Source: a bacterium (GTDB taxonomy: Bacteria; SZUA-182; DTGQ01; JAFGSM01). From it: a stretch of DNA of 39,240 nucleotides. Below the pieces are notes generated by a model, which saw nothing but the letters and a program-made list of their open reading frames with translations, did no database searches and was not told where the DNA came from. The position numbers and the translations under genes were made by a program. Every line of letters starts with the position of its first letter. The first letter of the stretch is position 1. Of the stretch, positions 28,764 to 39,240 are shown piece by piece. The stretch spans positions 1-39,240 of the forward strand of contig JBLIRN010000029.1 of the NCBI GenBank assembly GCA_049472315.1, read 5' to 3'.

Positions 28764-29540
28764 ATGATCGATCTTCACTGCCATATCCTGCCGGGGCTGG
28801 ATGACGGCTCCCAGAATATCGAAGAATCAATAATGATGTCCCGCATCGCCTATCAAGACGGCATCAGAACCATCGTGGCTACCCCCCATACCATGAATGG
28901 AACGTTTGTCAATGATCGAGAGATCATCCTGGCAGAGGTGGATCGATTGAACAATTGCCTTGCAGGAGAAAGGCTGGACCTGCGCATTCTTCCCGGGGCC
29001 GATGTACATGTAAATTACAATATACCCGATCTGATCAGGGAGGGAAAGGCAATGACCGTGAATGACAACGGGAGATACATCCTCCTTGAATTCCCCCATC
29101 AGCTCGTTCCACCAGGAATACCCGAACTCGTATTTCAGCTCAAACTCCAGGGAATCACCCCCATTTTCACCCATCCCGAACGAAACAATGCAATTCAAGG
29201 AGATTTGAATATTATTCTTCATTTAATTGAGCAGGGAGCCCTGACTCAAATCACTGCAGATAGTCTGACTGGTGAATTCGGTCCCGTGGCTTATAAAACC
29301 ACTGTTAAGATGCTCAAACATAATCTCGCTCATATTATTGCTTCGGATGCACATTCCTCTAAAATCCGCGTGCCGATACTTTCACATGCAATGCATAAGG
29401 CATCTCAGATTACCGGGGAAAAGGGAGTGGAGGCTATGGTCACGACAATCCCGCAGGCGATCATTGACGGGCAGGTCATTAATGACCTGCCTGATCCAAT
29501 CAGGCCCCAAAAATCTCTTTTAAAAAAATTATTTGGATGA
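28764..29540 (+). CDS. PHP-family tyrosine-protein phosphatase (CpsB/CapC/YwqE)
   Basis: MIDLHCHILPGLDDG, ATPH, YILLEF, HPERN, IASDAH. Confidence 0.93.
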   Translation: MIDLHCHILPGLDDGSQNIEESIMMSRIAYQDGIRTIVATPHTMNGTFVNDREIILAEVDRLNNCLAGERLDLRILPGADVHVNYNIPDLIREGKAMTVNDNGRYILLEFPHQLVPPGIPELVFQLKLQGITPIFTHPERNNAIQGDLNIILHLIEQGALTQITADSLTGEFGPVAYKTTVKMLKHNLAHIIASDAHSSKIRVPILSHAMHKASQITGEKGVEAMVTTIPQAIIDGQVINDLPDPIRPQKSLLKKLFG

Positions 29541-29610
29541 TGGGGATTGAAATCCTTTTTGTAAGGCCATGGAAAAGCGGCCATACGTTGATAAGGATTA
29601 ATAATGTATA

Positions 29611-30546
29611 TCAGGCCATAAATAAAGAGATTTCCAATTTTTCCATGATCTTATATATGGGTTTTTCCTTATGTTTAATAATGGTCAGAGCGGCATCTGC
29701 CATCTGGCTTATCTCTTTAACCTCTTCTTGCGAAAGGTCGGCCTTCTTCAACGTTAAAGGCAATTGCTGCAGAAATGATTGATCGGATTCAAGTCTCATG
29801 GAGGCGATCAAAGGGATGATCTTAGAAAGTTGATTATATAAAATATTGCCGTTTTCAAAATCAAAAGGAAAACTGCCAAAGGAGCCGATCACTTCCTGCC
29901 CGATCCGTTGCATCTCATTTTCAACGATACCGGCATTTTCTCCCTGCCATGTCTTATTAAAAATCATCATCGTAATCTTTAGATCCAGGCCAATGGATTC
30001 TAAATCTTCTTCCTTCTCCAATTTTCCGGAAGGGGGCATTCTCTCCTTTAAATCCTGTCTCAATGCCTGGAAGAATCGGGTTAAAAAGCGCTCAATATCC
30101 ATTGAATGCTTGAATGTCTCATTCAAGGGAAATAATTCATTCACCACCTGAAAAAATTTATGTTTCTGGCTGGATCTTACATTCAGATAACCCAAGAAAT
30201 ACCCAAAAGAAATGGCAGGATCAAAATGGATCAGGCATTGCATGATCCGGTGAGTAAAACCTTCTTTATTAACCTTTTCAAGGCTAAAGAGAAGAATCGG
30301 CAGTACTGATTCGGCATCCTGCCCCTGAATGGTTTCCATTGCGGCTTGCGCATTATCTTTGTTATATGATGAAAGAAATTGAGCCATGGTCGCCTTGCTT
30401 GAATATGACAACCGCTTTTTTGTTTCTCTCTTTAATGATTCTCTTGATCGTATAAGGGCGAAAAGTCCGTCAAGCCAAGGGAAAAGATCCAATTTACGTC
30501 CTTTCCATTGAGATTCCAAATCGTTAAAATCAAATTCGATTTTCAT
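29611..30546 (-). CDS. Hypothetical protein (alpha-helical)
   Basis: 311-aa ORF in AT-rich DNA; no recognised motif. Confidence 0.7.
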   Translation of the reverse strand: MKIEFDFNDLESQWKGRKLDLFPWLDGLFALIRSRESLKRETKKRLSYSSKATMAQFLSSYNKDNAQAAMETIQGQDAESVLPILLFSLEKVNKEGFTHRIMQCLIHFDPAISFGYFLGYLNVRSSQKHKFFQVVNELFPLNETFKHSMDIERFLTRFFQALRQDLKERMPPSGKLEKEEDLESIGLDLKITMMIFNKTWQGENAGIVENEMQRIGQEVIGSFGSFPFDFENGNILYNQLSKIIPLIASMRLESDQSFLQQLPLTLKKADLSQEEVKEISQMADAALTIIKHKEKPIYKIMEKLEISLFMA

Positions 30547-30830
30547 AAAAGCCCTTTGATAAGATTATTATTCATAGGAGATCTGAATATGATAAAAATA
30601 TAAAAACATAATGCGGCCTGCCCCTTCAGCAATAATGAAATAGCATAGCCTCGCCATATTTTTTGCTGAAAATTGACAACTACGATTGACGATCGAAGAA
30701 AATTTCCTGGTGTATATCGTAATTAAAATACCACCGATTGAGAAAATCCTGAAAAATTCCACGATAAAATGTCAAAATCGGCGCTCGATTTCCCTTGGAA
30801 TCAACGGCCAAAATGGTCTGTAATACGCAC

Positions 30831-31007
30831 TTGACATGGGTTATATCTTAATATATAAGAAGGGCTTCCTTTTTACAAGGAATTTATCATTGGAATTCAG
30901 TGAACATTTAATGCGTATCGTTAATGGACCCATTTTCCCACAAAAGTGAATGAATATCCAGTAAATCAATATATTGACTTGACATTTTCTTTATAATGAC
31001 ATATTCT
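30831..31007 (+). promoter_or_regulatory. Two candidate sigma70 promoters
   Basis: TTGACA(30831)-17-TATAAG(30854) and TTGACA(30979)-17-TATTCT(31002). Confidence 0.45.
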
Positions 31008-31406
31008 ACTATTTTTGAATCTATATTCATAAACTCGTGAAAAGTGATGCACCAAGTCACGGGGAGGAACAGAGGAACAAATTATCCTCTTAAATACAAT
31101 CAGTTATAAAAGATGGACCGCTTCGCTTCATTCCCCTATTTGTGTGATACTTCAGCCTTTTACAATGATATGTGCTTTTGAGAGGTTTTTGATTATGTTG
31201 GTGACAAGTCCAAATGTATAATCTTTAACAAGACCTGTCAAGTTTTCATGCCTTATTCAAATGGATTTGACTTTTTTAACCCTCAGATGCTTTAAAACTC
31301 ATGAAGCAATAATGGATTATGATTCATAGCATTAAATGTGCATCACGTTTTTATGAATTATCTCTAATTGTAAAAATTTAGGGTCTTAAGAAGAAAGAAT
31401 CGATAT

Positions 31407-32405
31407 ATGAAGATAATCATATTTGTTGGATTTATTTTATTAGGATTTATCCCTATCATTATTATTTTCAATCTGTTTCTTTACAAGCTTTACCACAATT
31501 TTGCTGAAAAATCTTTCGAAAATAAAAATTGTGTCGTGCTTACAAAAGAAAAAATATGTGATGTTCTTGAGAATTCCAGTCCTTCGAAATCAATAAGAAT
31601 TTTTAAGTCTGCAATTTGTGACAATTGTGAAGTGGAAGGCTTGAGATATTATACGAAGTATCCGTTTGGGTCACATATTGTTACTGCGCATGATAATCAT
31701 CGAAGAGCAATTATTGCGTATAACATTGGGCAGATGCTTTCAAAAGGGAAAATAGACCATGATGATATGGATTTATGTGCCGATATTCTTTTCTGTCTAA
31801 CGAACTATACAAAAGAGACTTACTACACACAGCTCTTTGCCTGGCAAAGCTTGGGTAATTTATTTTATTTTCAAAAAGAGACATTAATTGATCGTATCAC
31901 AAGTGATTATATAAAAGCCAGTATTACAAGAAATTTTCAGACAGGTATCGGACCTATTAAATATATTTTTGATATCAAAGCCCATAAGAATATAAAAAAG
32001 AAGTCAGAGGACTTTATTAGCGAAATGATACTGTTTGCTATGAAGCATGCAGCGATGCCTCTGCGTGCGCTTTTGGTATTCAAATTGAATAAAAGCCCTC
32101 ATTTTGACCAGACTCGCAAGACCGAATATATGAAAAATTTGCCCAAGAATCGAGAATTTGAAAGATTTTTAATGCAGATGAGGGTTCTATCCTTTGGTTT
32201 CGCCCAGGAGGAATTAGAAGAAGGGATGAAGAACCTTGGCTTGCAGCCGCCCCCGTATTCCAGTAAAACGACAGAAGGGGAGATCGTTCAACTTTTACTC
32301 AACGATTTCATTGAAGAGATCTACGTGCCTATGTCCTATTTGATGCACAATTATGATCGTTGGGATATGCCGAGGCATCAGTCGGGAGATTTCTTATGGT
32401 ATTAG
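31407..32405 (+). CDS. Hypothetical protein with N-terminal TM anchor
   Basis: 332-aa ORF, very AT-rich, hydrophobic first 28 aa; no recognised family. Confidence 0.7.
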   Translation: MKIIIFVGFILLGFIPIIIIFNLFLYKLYHNFAEKSFENKNCVVLTKEKICDVLENSSPSKSIRIFKSAICDNCEVEGLRYYTKYPFGSHIVTAHDNHRRAIIAYNIGQMLSKGKIDHDDMDLCADILFCLTNYTKETYYTQLFAWQSLGNLFYFQKETLIDRITSDYIKASITRNFQTGIGPIKYIFDIKAHKNIKKKSEDFISEMILFAMKHAAMPLRALLVFKLNKSPHFDQTRKTEYMKNLPKNREFERFLMQMRVLSFGFAQEELEEGMKNLGLQPPPYSSKTTEGEIVQLLLNDFIEEIYVPMSYLMHNYDRWDMPRHQSGDFLWY

Positions 32406-32497
32406 ATGGATGAGGACGAATTGATTGTTTATGTAGTAAAACCCCGGCATGACAAAGCAACAAAAGGAGGAATTGAATTGTACGATGAATGACAGAA

Positions 32498-32971
32498 TTA
32501 TTCTGAATGAGAAGAGGCCCTATAGAGCTCGATCGCTGATTTTCTAAGATCCGCCTCAGCTGCCTTTTCATCAAAGCCCACTCTTCCCACCTGGCCCTCC
32601 AGCCAACTCTGAACCCTTTCCCTTGCAATAACGGCTAAATCCACCTCTGCTTCCTTGGTCACCCTTTCGGCCCCAAAGGAAAGCACTGTGACCCTGTTAT
32701 TCTTAACCTCCAAGAATCCTCCGGCAACCACGATCCAATGGGCTTCCCCATCCTTTTCATATCGAAGGGGTGCAATCGGTAAGCGAACCAGCATAGGGGC
32801 ATGGTCAGCCAGAATACCGATATATCTCTCTTTGGTCAGTTCACCTTCCTCCTGCTCACCTTCCAGGTCCCTGACCACAACAATATCGATTTCATCATCC
32901 TTCAATACACACTTTTCAGGAGTGAGCACTTCAAGGGATATTTTTCCCTTCCCTTTTCTCAGCTTAGCCAT
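32498..32971 (-). CDS. atpC: F1 ATP synthase epsilon subunit (divergent)
   Basis: LEVLTPEK, GILADHAP, VAGGFLEVKNNRVTVL. Confidence 0.92.
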   Translation of the reverse strand: MAKLRKGKGKISLEVLTPEKCVLKDDEIDIVVVRDLEGEQEEGELTKERYIGILADHAPMLVRLPIAPLRYEKDGEAHWIVVAGGFLEVKNNRVTVLSFGAERVTKEAEVDLAVIARERVQSWLEGQVGRVGFDEKAAEADLRKSAIELYRASSHSE

Positions 32972-32988
32972 AGAATCACATTCCCTGT

Positions 32989-34437
<1,449 letters not shown>

Positions 34438-35391
34438 TTAGAATGCTTGTTGTGATACAGACTCCTGCTCTATTACTCTGGCCGCGCTGAGAATACCTAA
34501 TAAATCCAGTGTGATCAAGTCCCTTCTCATTCGATTATACTGGATACCCATTTCATGCAGCTTTTCTGCAGCCCGGTCCGAGGCATCCTCCATGGCCATC
34601 ATCCGTGCGCCCTGCTCACTGGCATATGATTCCAAGAGCAGATCAAAGATCTGTATCTTGAAATACATGGGGATCAATTCCTTCAAAATGGTGAGCGGAT
34701 CCGGTTCATAGATCCATTTGATGCGTGAGGTTTTATCCTTTGTGGTTTTCTCTTCAAGACCAAAACTGAAGGGCAGCAACTTAATCACCTTGGGTTCACG
34801 TTTGGCAGGTCCATGAAACTTTGTATAGGCACAGTATATCTCATCGATATTCTTGTGCAAAAAAAGATCGGTCATATTCATTATCAAAGACAAGGCATCC
34901 GATATGGAAACGCCTTGCTCGGACCAGGGTTCGATATTTAATATCGGAAACGGCGTGTTCTTTTTAAAAAAACGTTCGCCTCTTAACCCTTTGATCCAGA
35001 CACCAACTTCGGCATTCTTATTCTTTCTCAAAATAGTATCCAAAAAAATCTGAGTCGTTTTGCCTATTCGGCCATTATAATTGCCGCACATACCAATATC
35101 CGAGGCAATGACGAAGACGATAATCCTGTTTTGTTTACGCTTTTTGATTAATAGAGGTGATATTTCGGTCATTACCTCTTCGGAAAACATATCCTTCTCA
35201 GAAAAAAGCGCGATCTCGGACTGGATTAAGGCAATTTCCCTCATTCTTTCAGCAAACATACTCAAGGTGGCCGCTTTAAAACGGGTCCTGGCCAGCTTTG
35301 CTGCCGCCACAGTGGACATGGTCTCAGTGGTGCCTTTGATATTCTCAACACTTCTCATTCTGTTCTTTAAATCAATCAACTTCTGTGACAT
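34438..35391 (-). CDS. atpG: F1 ATP synthase gamma subunit (divergent)
   Basis: N-terminal coiled coil with M..VAAAK, SDIGMCGNYN, YEP, ASEQGARMMAM..A. Confidence 0.94.
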   Translation of the reverse strand: MSQKLIDLKNRMRSVENIKGTTETMSTVAAAKLARTRFKAATLSMFAERMREIALIQSEIALFSEKDMFSEEVMTEISPLLIKKRKQNRIIVFVIASDIGMCGNYNGRIGKTTQIFLDTILRKNKNAEVGVWIKGLRGERFFKKNTPFPILNIEPWSEQGVSISDALSLIMNMTDLFLHKNIDEIYCAYTKFHGPAKREPKVIKLLPFSFGLEEKTTKDKTSRIKWIYEPDPLTILKELIPMYFKIQIFDLLLESYASEQGARMMAMEDASDRAAEKLHEMGIQYNRMRRDLITLDLLGILSAARVIEQESVSQQAF

Positions 35392-35406
35392 AATTACGTA
35401 CCCACT

Positions 35407-37218
35407 TTACACGAATTGCTTCTTGAATTCAGTAATTATTTCCCGCAAACCTGAATTGATCTCAGTGGTCAGGTCCTTCTTTTCATGAATCAGATCCATG
35501 ATATTCTGATAATTCTGATGGGCAAAAGCCACCAATCCCTTCTCGAACTCCCCGACCCGTTTTACAGGAATATCATCCATCATGCTGTTGACCACCGCGT
35601 AAAGCACCAAGGCCTCCTCTGCCAGCGGCATAGGCGCATACTGAATCTGTTTTAATAATTCACGCCCCCTTTCCCCTCTGGCAAGCTGAGCCTTTGTGGC
35701 CTCATCCACCTCTGCACCAAATTTTACAAAGGCCTGCATCTCATGATATTGAGCAAGGTCTATTCTCAACCTTCCGGCGATCTTTTTGATGATCTTTGTT
35801 TGGGCTGCACCTCCGACCCTGGATACGGACAATCCCACATTGATTGCAGGTCGAAACCCTGTATTAAACAACCCGGATTCAAGATATATCTGTCCATCCG
35901 TAATCGATATTACATTGGTCGAGATATATGAGGTGACATCCCCGCCTAATGTCTCGATGATCGGTATGGCGGTCAACGAACCCCCGCCTTTTTCCTTGCT
36001 TAATTTGGCGGCCCGTTCCAATAACCTTGAATGAACGTAGAATATGTCACCAGGATACGCCTCCCTGCCGATAGGTCTCTTCAAGAGAGCCGACATCTCC
36101 CTATAAGCCACCGCATGTTTTGAAAGATCGTCGAAAATAACCAACGCATCCCCGCCCTGTTCCATAAATTCCTCACCGATGGCGCAGGCAGTATAAGGCG
36201 CCAGATATTTAAAGGCGGTCTGCTCATTGGCCAGCGCGGCGACAACAATTGTATGGTCCAATGCCCCCTCCCGTCGCAAGACCTCCACGACCTTGGCAAC
36301 GGCTGCGGCCTTCTGTCCGATGGCCGCATAAATACATATAAGGTTATTACCCTTCTGGTTTATGATAGTGTCTATGGCCAGAGTGGTCTTTCCGATCTTT
36401 CTGTCGCCGATAATCAATTCCCTCTGGCCGCGGCCGATGGGAATCATTGCGTCTATTGCCTTTATCCCGGTCTGCACCGGTTCCTTTACAGGCTGACGCG
36501 TAACAACACGGGGAGCTATCCTTTCCACCAATCTGTAGTTCGTGGTGAGGATCTTGCCTTTACCATCGATCGGCTGACCGACAGCGTTCACTATCCTGCC
36601 GATCATTCCTTTCCCAACAGGAATTTCCAATTGATGCCCGGTACAAACAACCTTGCTTCCTTCTTTAATATCTTCTTCAGCCCCCAGTAGAATACAACCT
36701 ACTGCATCCTGCTCCAAACTAAAGGCTAGACCGTAAACGCTTCCGCCAAATTCAACCACTTCCATCGAACCAACGTTTTCAAGTCCCGCTACTCGTGCGA
36801 TACCGTCACCCACCTGAAGGACAATCCCTTCCTGGCGCATATCCTCAATCTTAAAAGTGGGTTTCGTGGCTTCTATAATCCGTCTTAGTTCCTTGGTAAT
36901 ATCCTCAGCTTTTAATTGCTGGACATCACCCTTCAATTCCATAAATTTCCTGTCCAATTCGCCCACAAAACTCTGCTTGACATCAAGATTGATCTTCCTG
37001 TTCCTGTCTAAAAACAGTATCGGGCTTTCCTGTTTCGCATCCGTAAATACCTTGATCTGTATTTTTTTCCCTGCAATCTTGGAAAGCTCTTGCTCTAAAT
37101 TTTCCACAAAATCAGATCTATAAACAGTCGGGCTCAACAAAACCAAAGGCTGACTGGCTGTATTTAAAGCCTCCTTTAGACCTTCCTGTTTGACATCCAT
37201 CTGTTTAACATTCTCCAT
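35407..37218 (-). CDS. atpA: F1 ATP synthase alpha subunit with ~100-aa N-terminal extension resembling the delta C-terminal domain
   Basis: [46 protein letters not shown]; 603 aa versus about 500-515 aa typical. Confidence 0.97.
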   Translation of the reverse strand: MENVKQMDVKQEGLKEALNTASQPLVLLSPTVYRSDFVENLEQELSKIAGKKIQIKVFTDAKQESPILFLDRNRKINLDVKQSFVGELDRKFMELKGDVQQLKAEDITKELRRIIEATKPTFKIEDMRQEGIVLQVGDGIARVAGLENVGSMEVVEFGGSVYGLAFSLEQDAVGCILLGAEEDIKEGSKVVCTGHQLEIPVGKGMIGRIVNAVGQPIDGKGKILTTNYRLVERIAPRVVTRQPVKEPVQTGIKAIDAMIPIGRGQRELIIGDRKIGKTTLAIDTIINQKGNNLICIYAAIGQKAAAVAKVVEVLRREGALDHTIVVAALANEQTAFKYLAPYTACAIGEEFMEQGGDALVIFDDLSKHAVAYREMSALLKRPIGREAYPGDIFYVHSRLLERAAKLSKEKGGGSLTAIPIIETLGGDVTSYISTNVISITDGQIYLESGLFNTGFRPAINVGLSVSRVGGAAQTKIIKKIAGRLRIDLAQYHEMQAFVKFGAEVDEATKAQLARGERGRELLKQIQYAPMPLAEEALVLYAVVNSMMDDIPVKRVGEFEKGLVAFAHQNYQNIMDLIHEKKDLTTEINSGLREIITEFKKQFV

Positions 37219-37615
37219 AATTCTTGGCCTTCCATAATAGTTTGTGATAATTCAGCAGCCATATTCGATATTCCTTAACCATAAACTATATCTACAAGCA
37301 ATAACCTAATGAATTCATTGATGCAAAGACTTTGCATTAAACTAATACAAATTAATACGCAGAAAAAATCACATGAAGGAATTTCATGTGCCTGTAATAA
37401 CGAATAGCTACTAAATAATTATGACAAACTCCATGTTTAATAGGTCATACACTATTCAATACAACATACGCATTTACATTGAATAATTAGCCCTAATGAA
37501 TTTAATAGGGACCATTTTACATTCAGAACCGATTATAGCAGGAAATCTGTATAGCTGTATCTTATCCTATTTCATGCATAACCGTATAATTAAAAAAACC
37601 ATGATCAATGCAGGA

Positions 37616-38014
37616 TCAAATAATTAGAATTAATGCAACGACCAAACAATAAAGACATAGCGCCTCGATGATGGCCATACCGATTAACATGGTCATAAAA
37701 AGCTTCCCCTGAATCTCCGGCTGTCTGGACATACCTTCCAAAGAGGCCATTCCAAACTTTGCTATTCCCAGGGAGGCCCCAAATGCACCCCAACCGAGCA
37801 ATATTGCCGCTGCAACTGCCTTCAAAGCCTCAACCCAGGCAACTTCTCCACCTCTTGTGGTGATGGTGGCAGCGGTATCTTCCGCCCATAATACCAATGG
37901 AGATGACAAGGCTAGTAACATTGTATTGACAAATACCAAATAAATAGTTTTTTTGGACCTTATAACCCTTATAACCTTGTTCTTCGTTGAATTGTATAAT
38001 GATGCTATAGACAT
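37616..38014 (-). CDS. atpE: Fo ATP synthase c subunit with N-terminal signal-like extension
   Basis: Hydrophobic hairpin, RQPE loop, carboxylate E117 (IIEALCLY); SD AGGAGG. Confidence 0.94.
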   Translation of the reverse strand: MSIASLYNSTKNKVIRVIRSKKTIYLVFVNTMLLALSSPLVLWAEDTAATITTRGGEVAWVEALKAVAAAILLGWGAFGASLGIAKFGMASLEGMSRQPEIQGKLFMTMLIGMAIIEALCLYCLVVALILII

Positions 38015-38079
38015 TGAGACCCTCCTTTTAATGGTTGATATAATGGAATGTTAAATGGGTTATAAAAGGTTAACCTTGC

Positions 38080-38559
38080 TTATGATACCTGCCTTAAACT
38101 GTCTAAAATGACCTGCTCTACGAGTTCCTTATGACCGTCCTTCTTGGCCAAATCGGGAAGCGCTCTGTACGCGGCCGAACTGACGAGATCGATTAATTTA
38201 AGGTTTGTCTCCTGTAGCAGTTCTTCTCTCTCCTTGGCTATTTCAGCACGGGCATTCTCGATAATCTTGTCTGCCTCTTGCTTCGCCTTAGCTATGATGT
38301 CATTTTTCATCTTTTCGGTTTGATTCAAAATCTTCTGTGCATCCGCCTTGCTTTGAGCAAGAATCTCTTCCCGATCCTTTAACGCCTTTTCTTGTTCCTC
38401 CTTGGCAATCGCACGTTGCCTTAATCCCTCCTCGATTTTTTCCTTCCGCGCCTCCAAAATCTCCATTATGGGTTTGAAGAAAAACTTTTTCATAAGAAAA
38501 AGAAGAATGAAGAAATTAGCAACTAAAAAAATCGTTTTTGTGAAATCAAAGCCTATCAT
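38080..38559 (-). CDS. atpF: Fo ATP synthase b subunit
   Basis: NFFILLFLMKKFFFKPIMEILEARKEKIEEG followed by a charged coiled coil. Confidence 0.93.
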   Translation of the reverse strand: MIGFDFTKTIFLVANFFILLFLMKKFFFKPIMEILEARKEKIEEGLRQRAIAKEEQEKALKDREEILAQSKADAQKILNQTEKMKNDIIAKAKQEADKIIENARAEIAKEREELLQETNLKLIDLVSSAAYRALPDLAKKDGHKELVEQVILDSLRQVS

Positions 38560-38623
38560 TGGTTCACCCCAAATAAAAAGTTTTTAGCCGAGCCTATTTT
38601 ATAAACGATTTAACTTTTATCTG

Positions 38624-39240
38624 TTAATGTACGCCTAATTCTTCTTTGAAATAAAATAGACTAAGCATTACAAAAACTAAGGTCTGAATGATTGCAAAAA
38701 GAACATCCATGCAGAAGATCATAAAAGGAATAAACAATGGGACAACAAAATAATATCTTTTGATGGCAACATCTGTAACCATTCCAAGAACACTATGTTC
38801 ACCAAATATATTGCCGAAAAGTCGAAGTGAGAGCGAAAGAAGCCTTGCTCCATTATCGACAAGATGTAAAGCGATAAGGAACAAGATAATTATTTTTACA
38901 GGGACTTGTTTTAAAATTCCTAGGGTAAAGTTTAGCAATTTTGCTATCGGTATCCAAAGTGCGGACAAGATTTTTTTATGCAAGCTTATGGTTCTATTTA
39001 AATATTGTAAAATAAAAAACAGAAGCAATATCATTGAATAGATACTGACAATATTTACGATCACCGTGTGTTTAAATGGAATGAACATAATGAACATAAT
39101 TCCAAAGCACAAAAACAATGTAGCTATGCCGTAAAAAAATGCATATTTAAAAAATGAGCCCTCTCCCTCTTCCAAGCCCGAAATTCTTAGGAAGTACGCA
39201 ATCATAGACTCCATAAGGCATTGAATTCCTTTTGGGATAG
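38624..39240 (-). CDS. atpB: Fo ATP synthase a subunit, 3' part (5' end beyond the right edge)
   Basis: Frame open to the edge (IPKGIQCLMESMIAYF, matching the a-subunit P..Q...E motif); RLLSLSLRLFGN with the essential Arg; IQTLVF. Confidence 0.9.
   Translation of the reverse strand, partial: IPKGIQCLMESMIAYFLRISGLEEGEGSFFKYAFFYGIATLFLCFGIMFIMFIPFKHTVIVNIVSIYSMILLLFFILQYLNRTISLHKKILSALWIPIAKLLNFTLGILKQVPVKIIILFLIALHLVDNGARLLSLSLRLFGNIFGEHSVLGMVTDVAIKRYYFVVPLFIPFMIFCMDVLFAIIQTLVFVMLSLFYFKEELGVH

Noticed and set aside
29200..32500. Mobile-element boundary at the GC shift
   Set aside because: No integrase, transposase, tRNA or terminal repeats were seen, and the shift is gradual.
37170..37300. 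Small ORFs upstream of atpA as a remnant delta N-terminal domain
   Set aside because: Only peptides of about 25-28 aa with no recognisable delta similarity.

Overview
Bacterial DNA, probably from a Desulfobacterota/'deltaproteobacterium'-type anaerobe (inferred from the pilin type and locus layout). The window has two parts. (1) About 1-29.5 kb is a mostly minus-strand, GC-richer type IV pilin plus surface-glycan locus. It holds a sigma54 promoter, two tandem aromatic-rich type IVa pilins, a terminator, an O-antigen-ligase/TPR protein, a PilG/XapA-like protein, seven GT4 glycosyltransferases, two GT-C-like membrane glycosyltransferases, AsnB, four methyltransferases, Wzm/Wzt, an outer-membrane beta-barrel, a DUF4139 protein and a CpsB-type phosphatase, with cysK and a metallophosphoesterase embedded. 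(2) About 29.6-39.2 kb is a visibly AT-richer block with two orphan genes and a divergent F-type ATP synthase operon in non-canonical order (a-b-c-[gap]-alpha-gamma-beta-epsilon). No delta gene is present in the window; instead a roughly 100-aa segment resembling the delta C-terminal domain is fused to the N-terminus of alpha. This is the most notable observation, because such an architecture could support several peripheral stalks per F1 and a raised H+/ATP ratio. All calls come from reading motifs by eye; no database searches were run.
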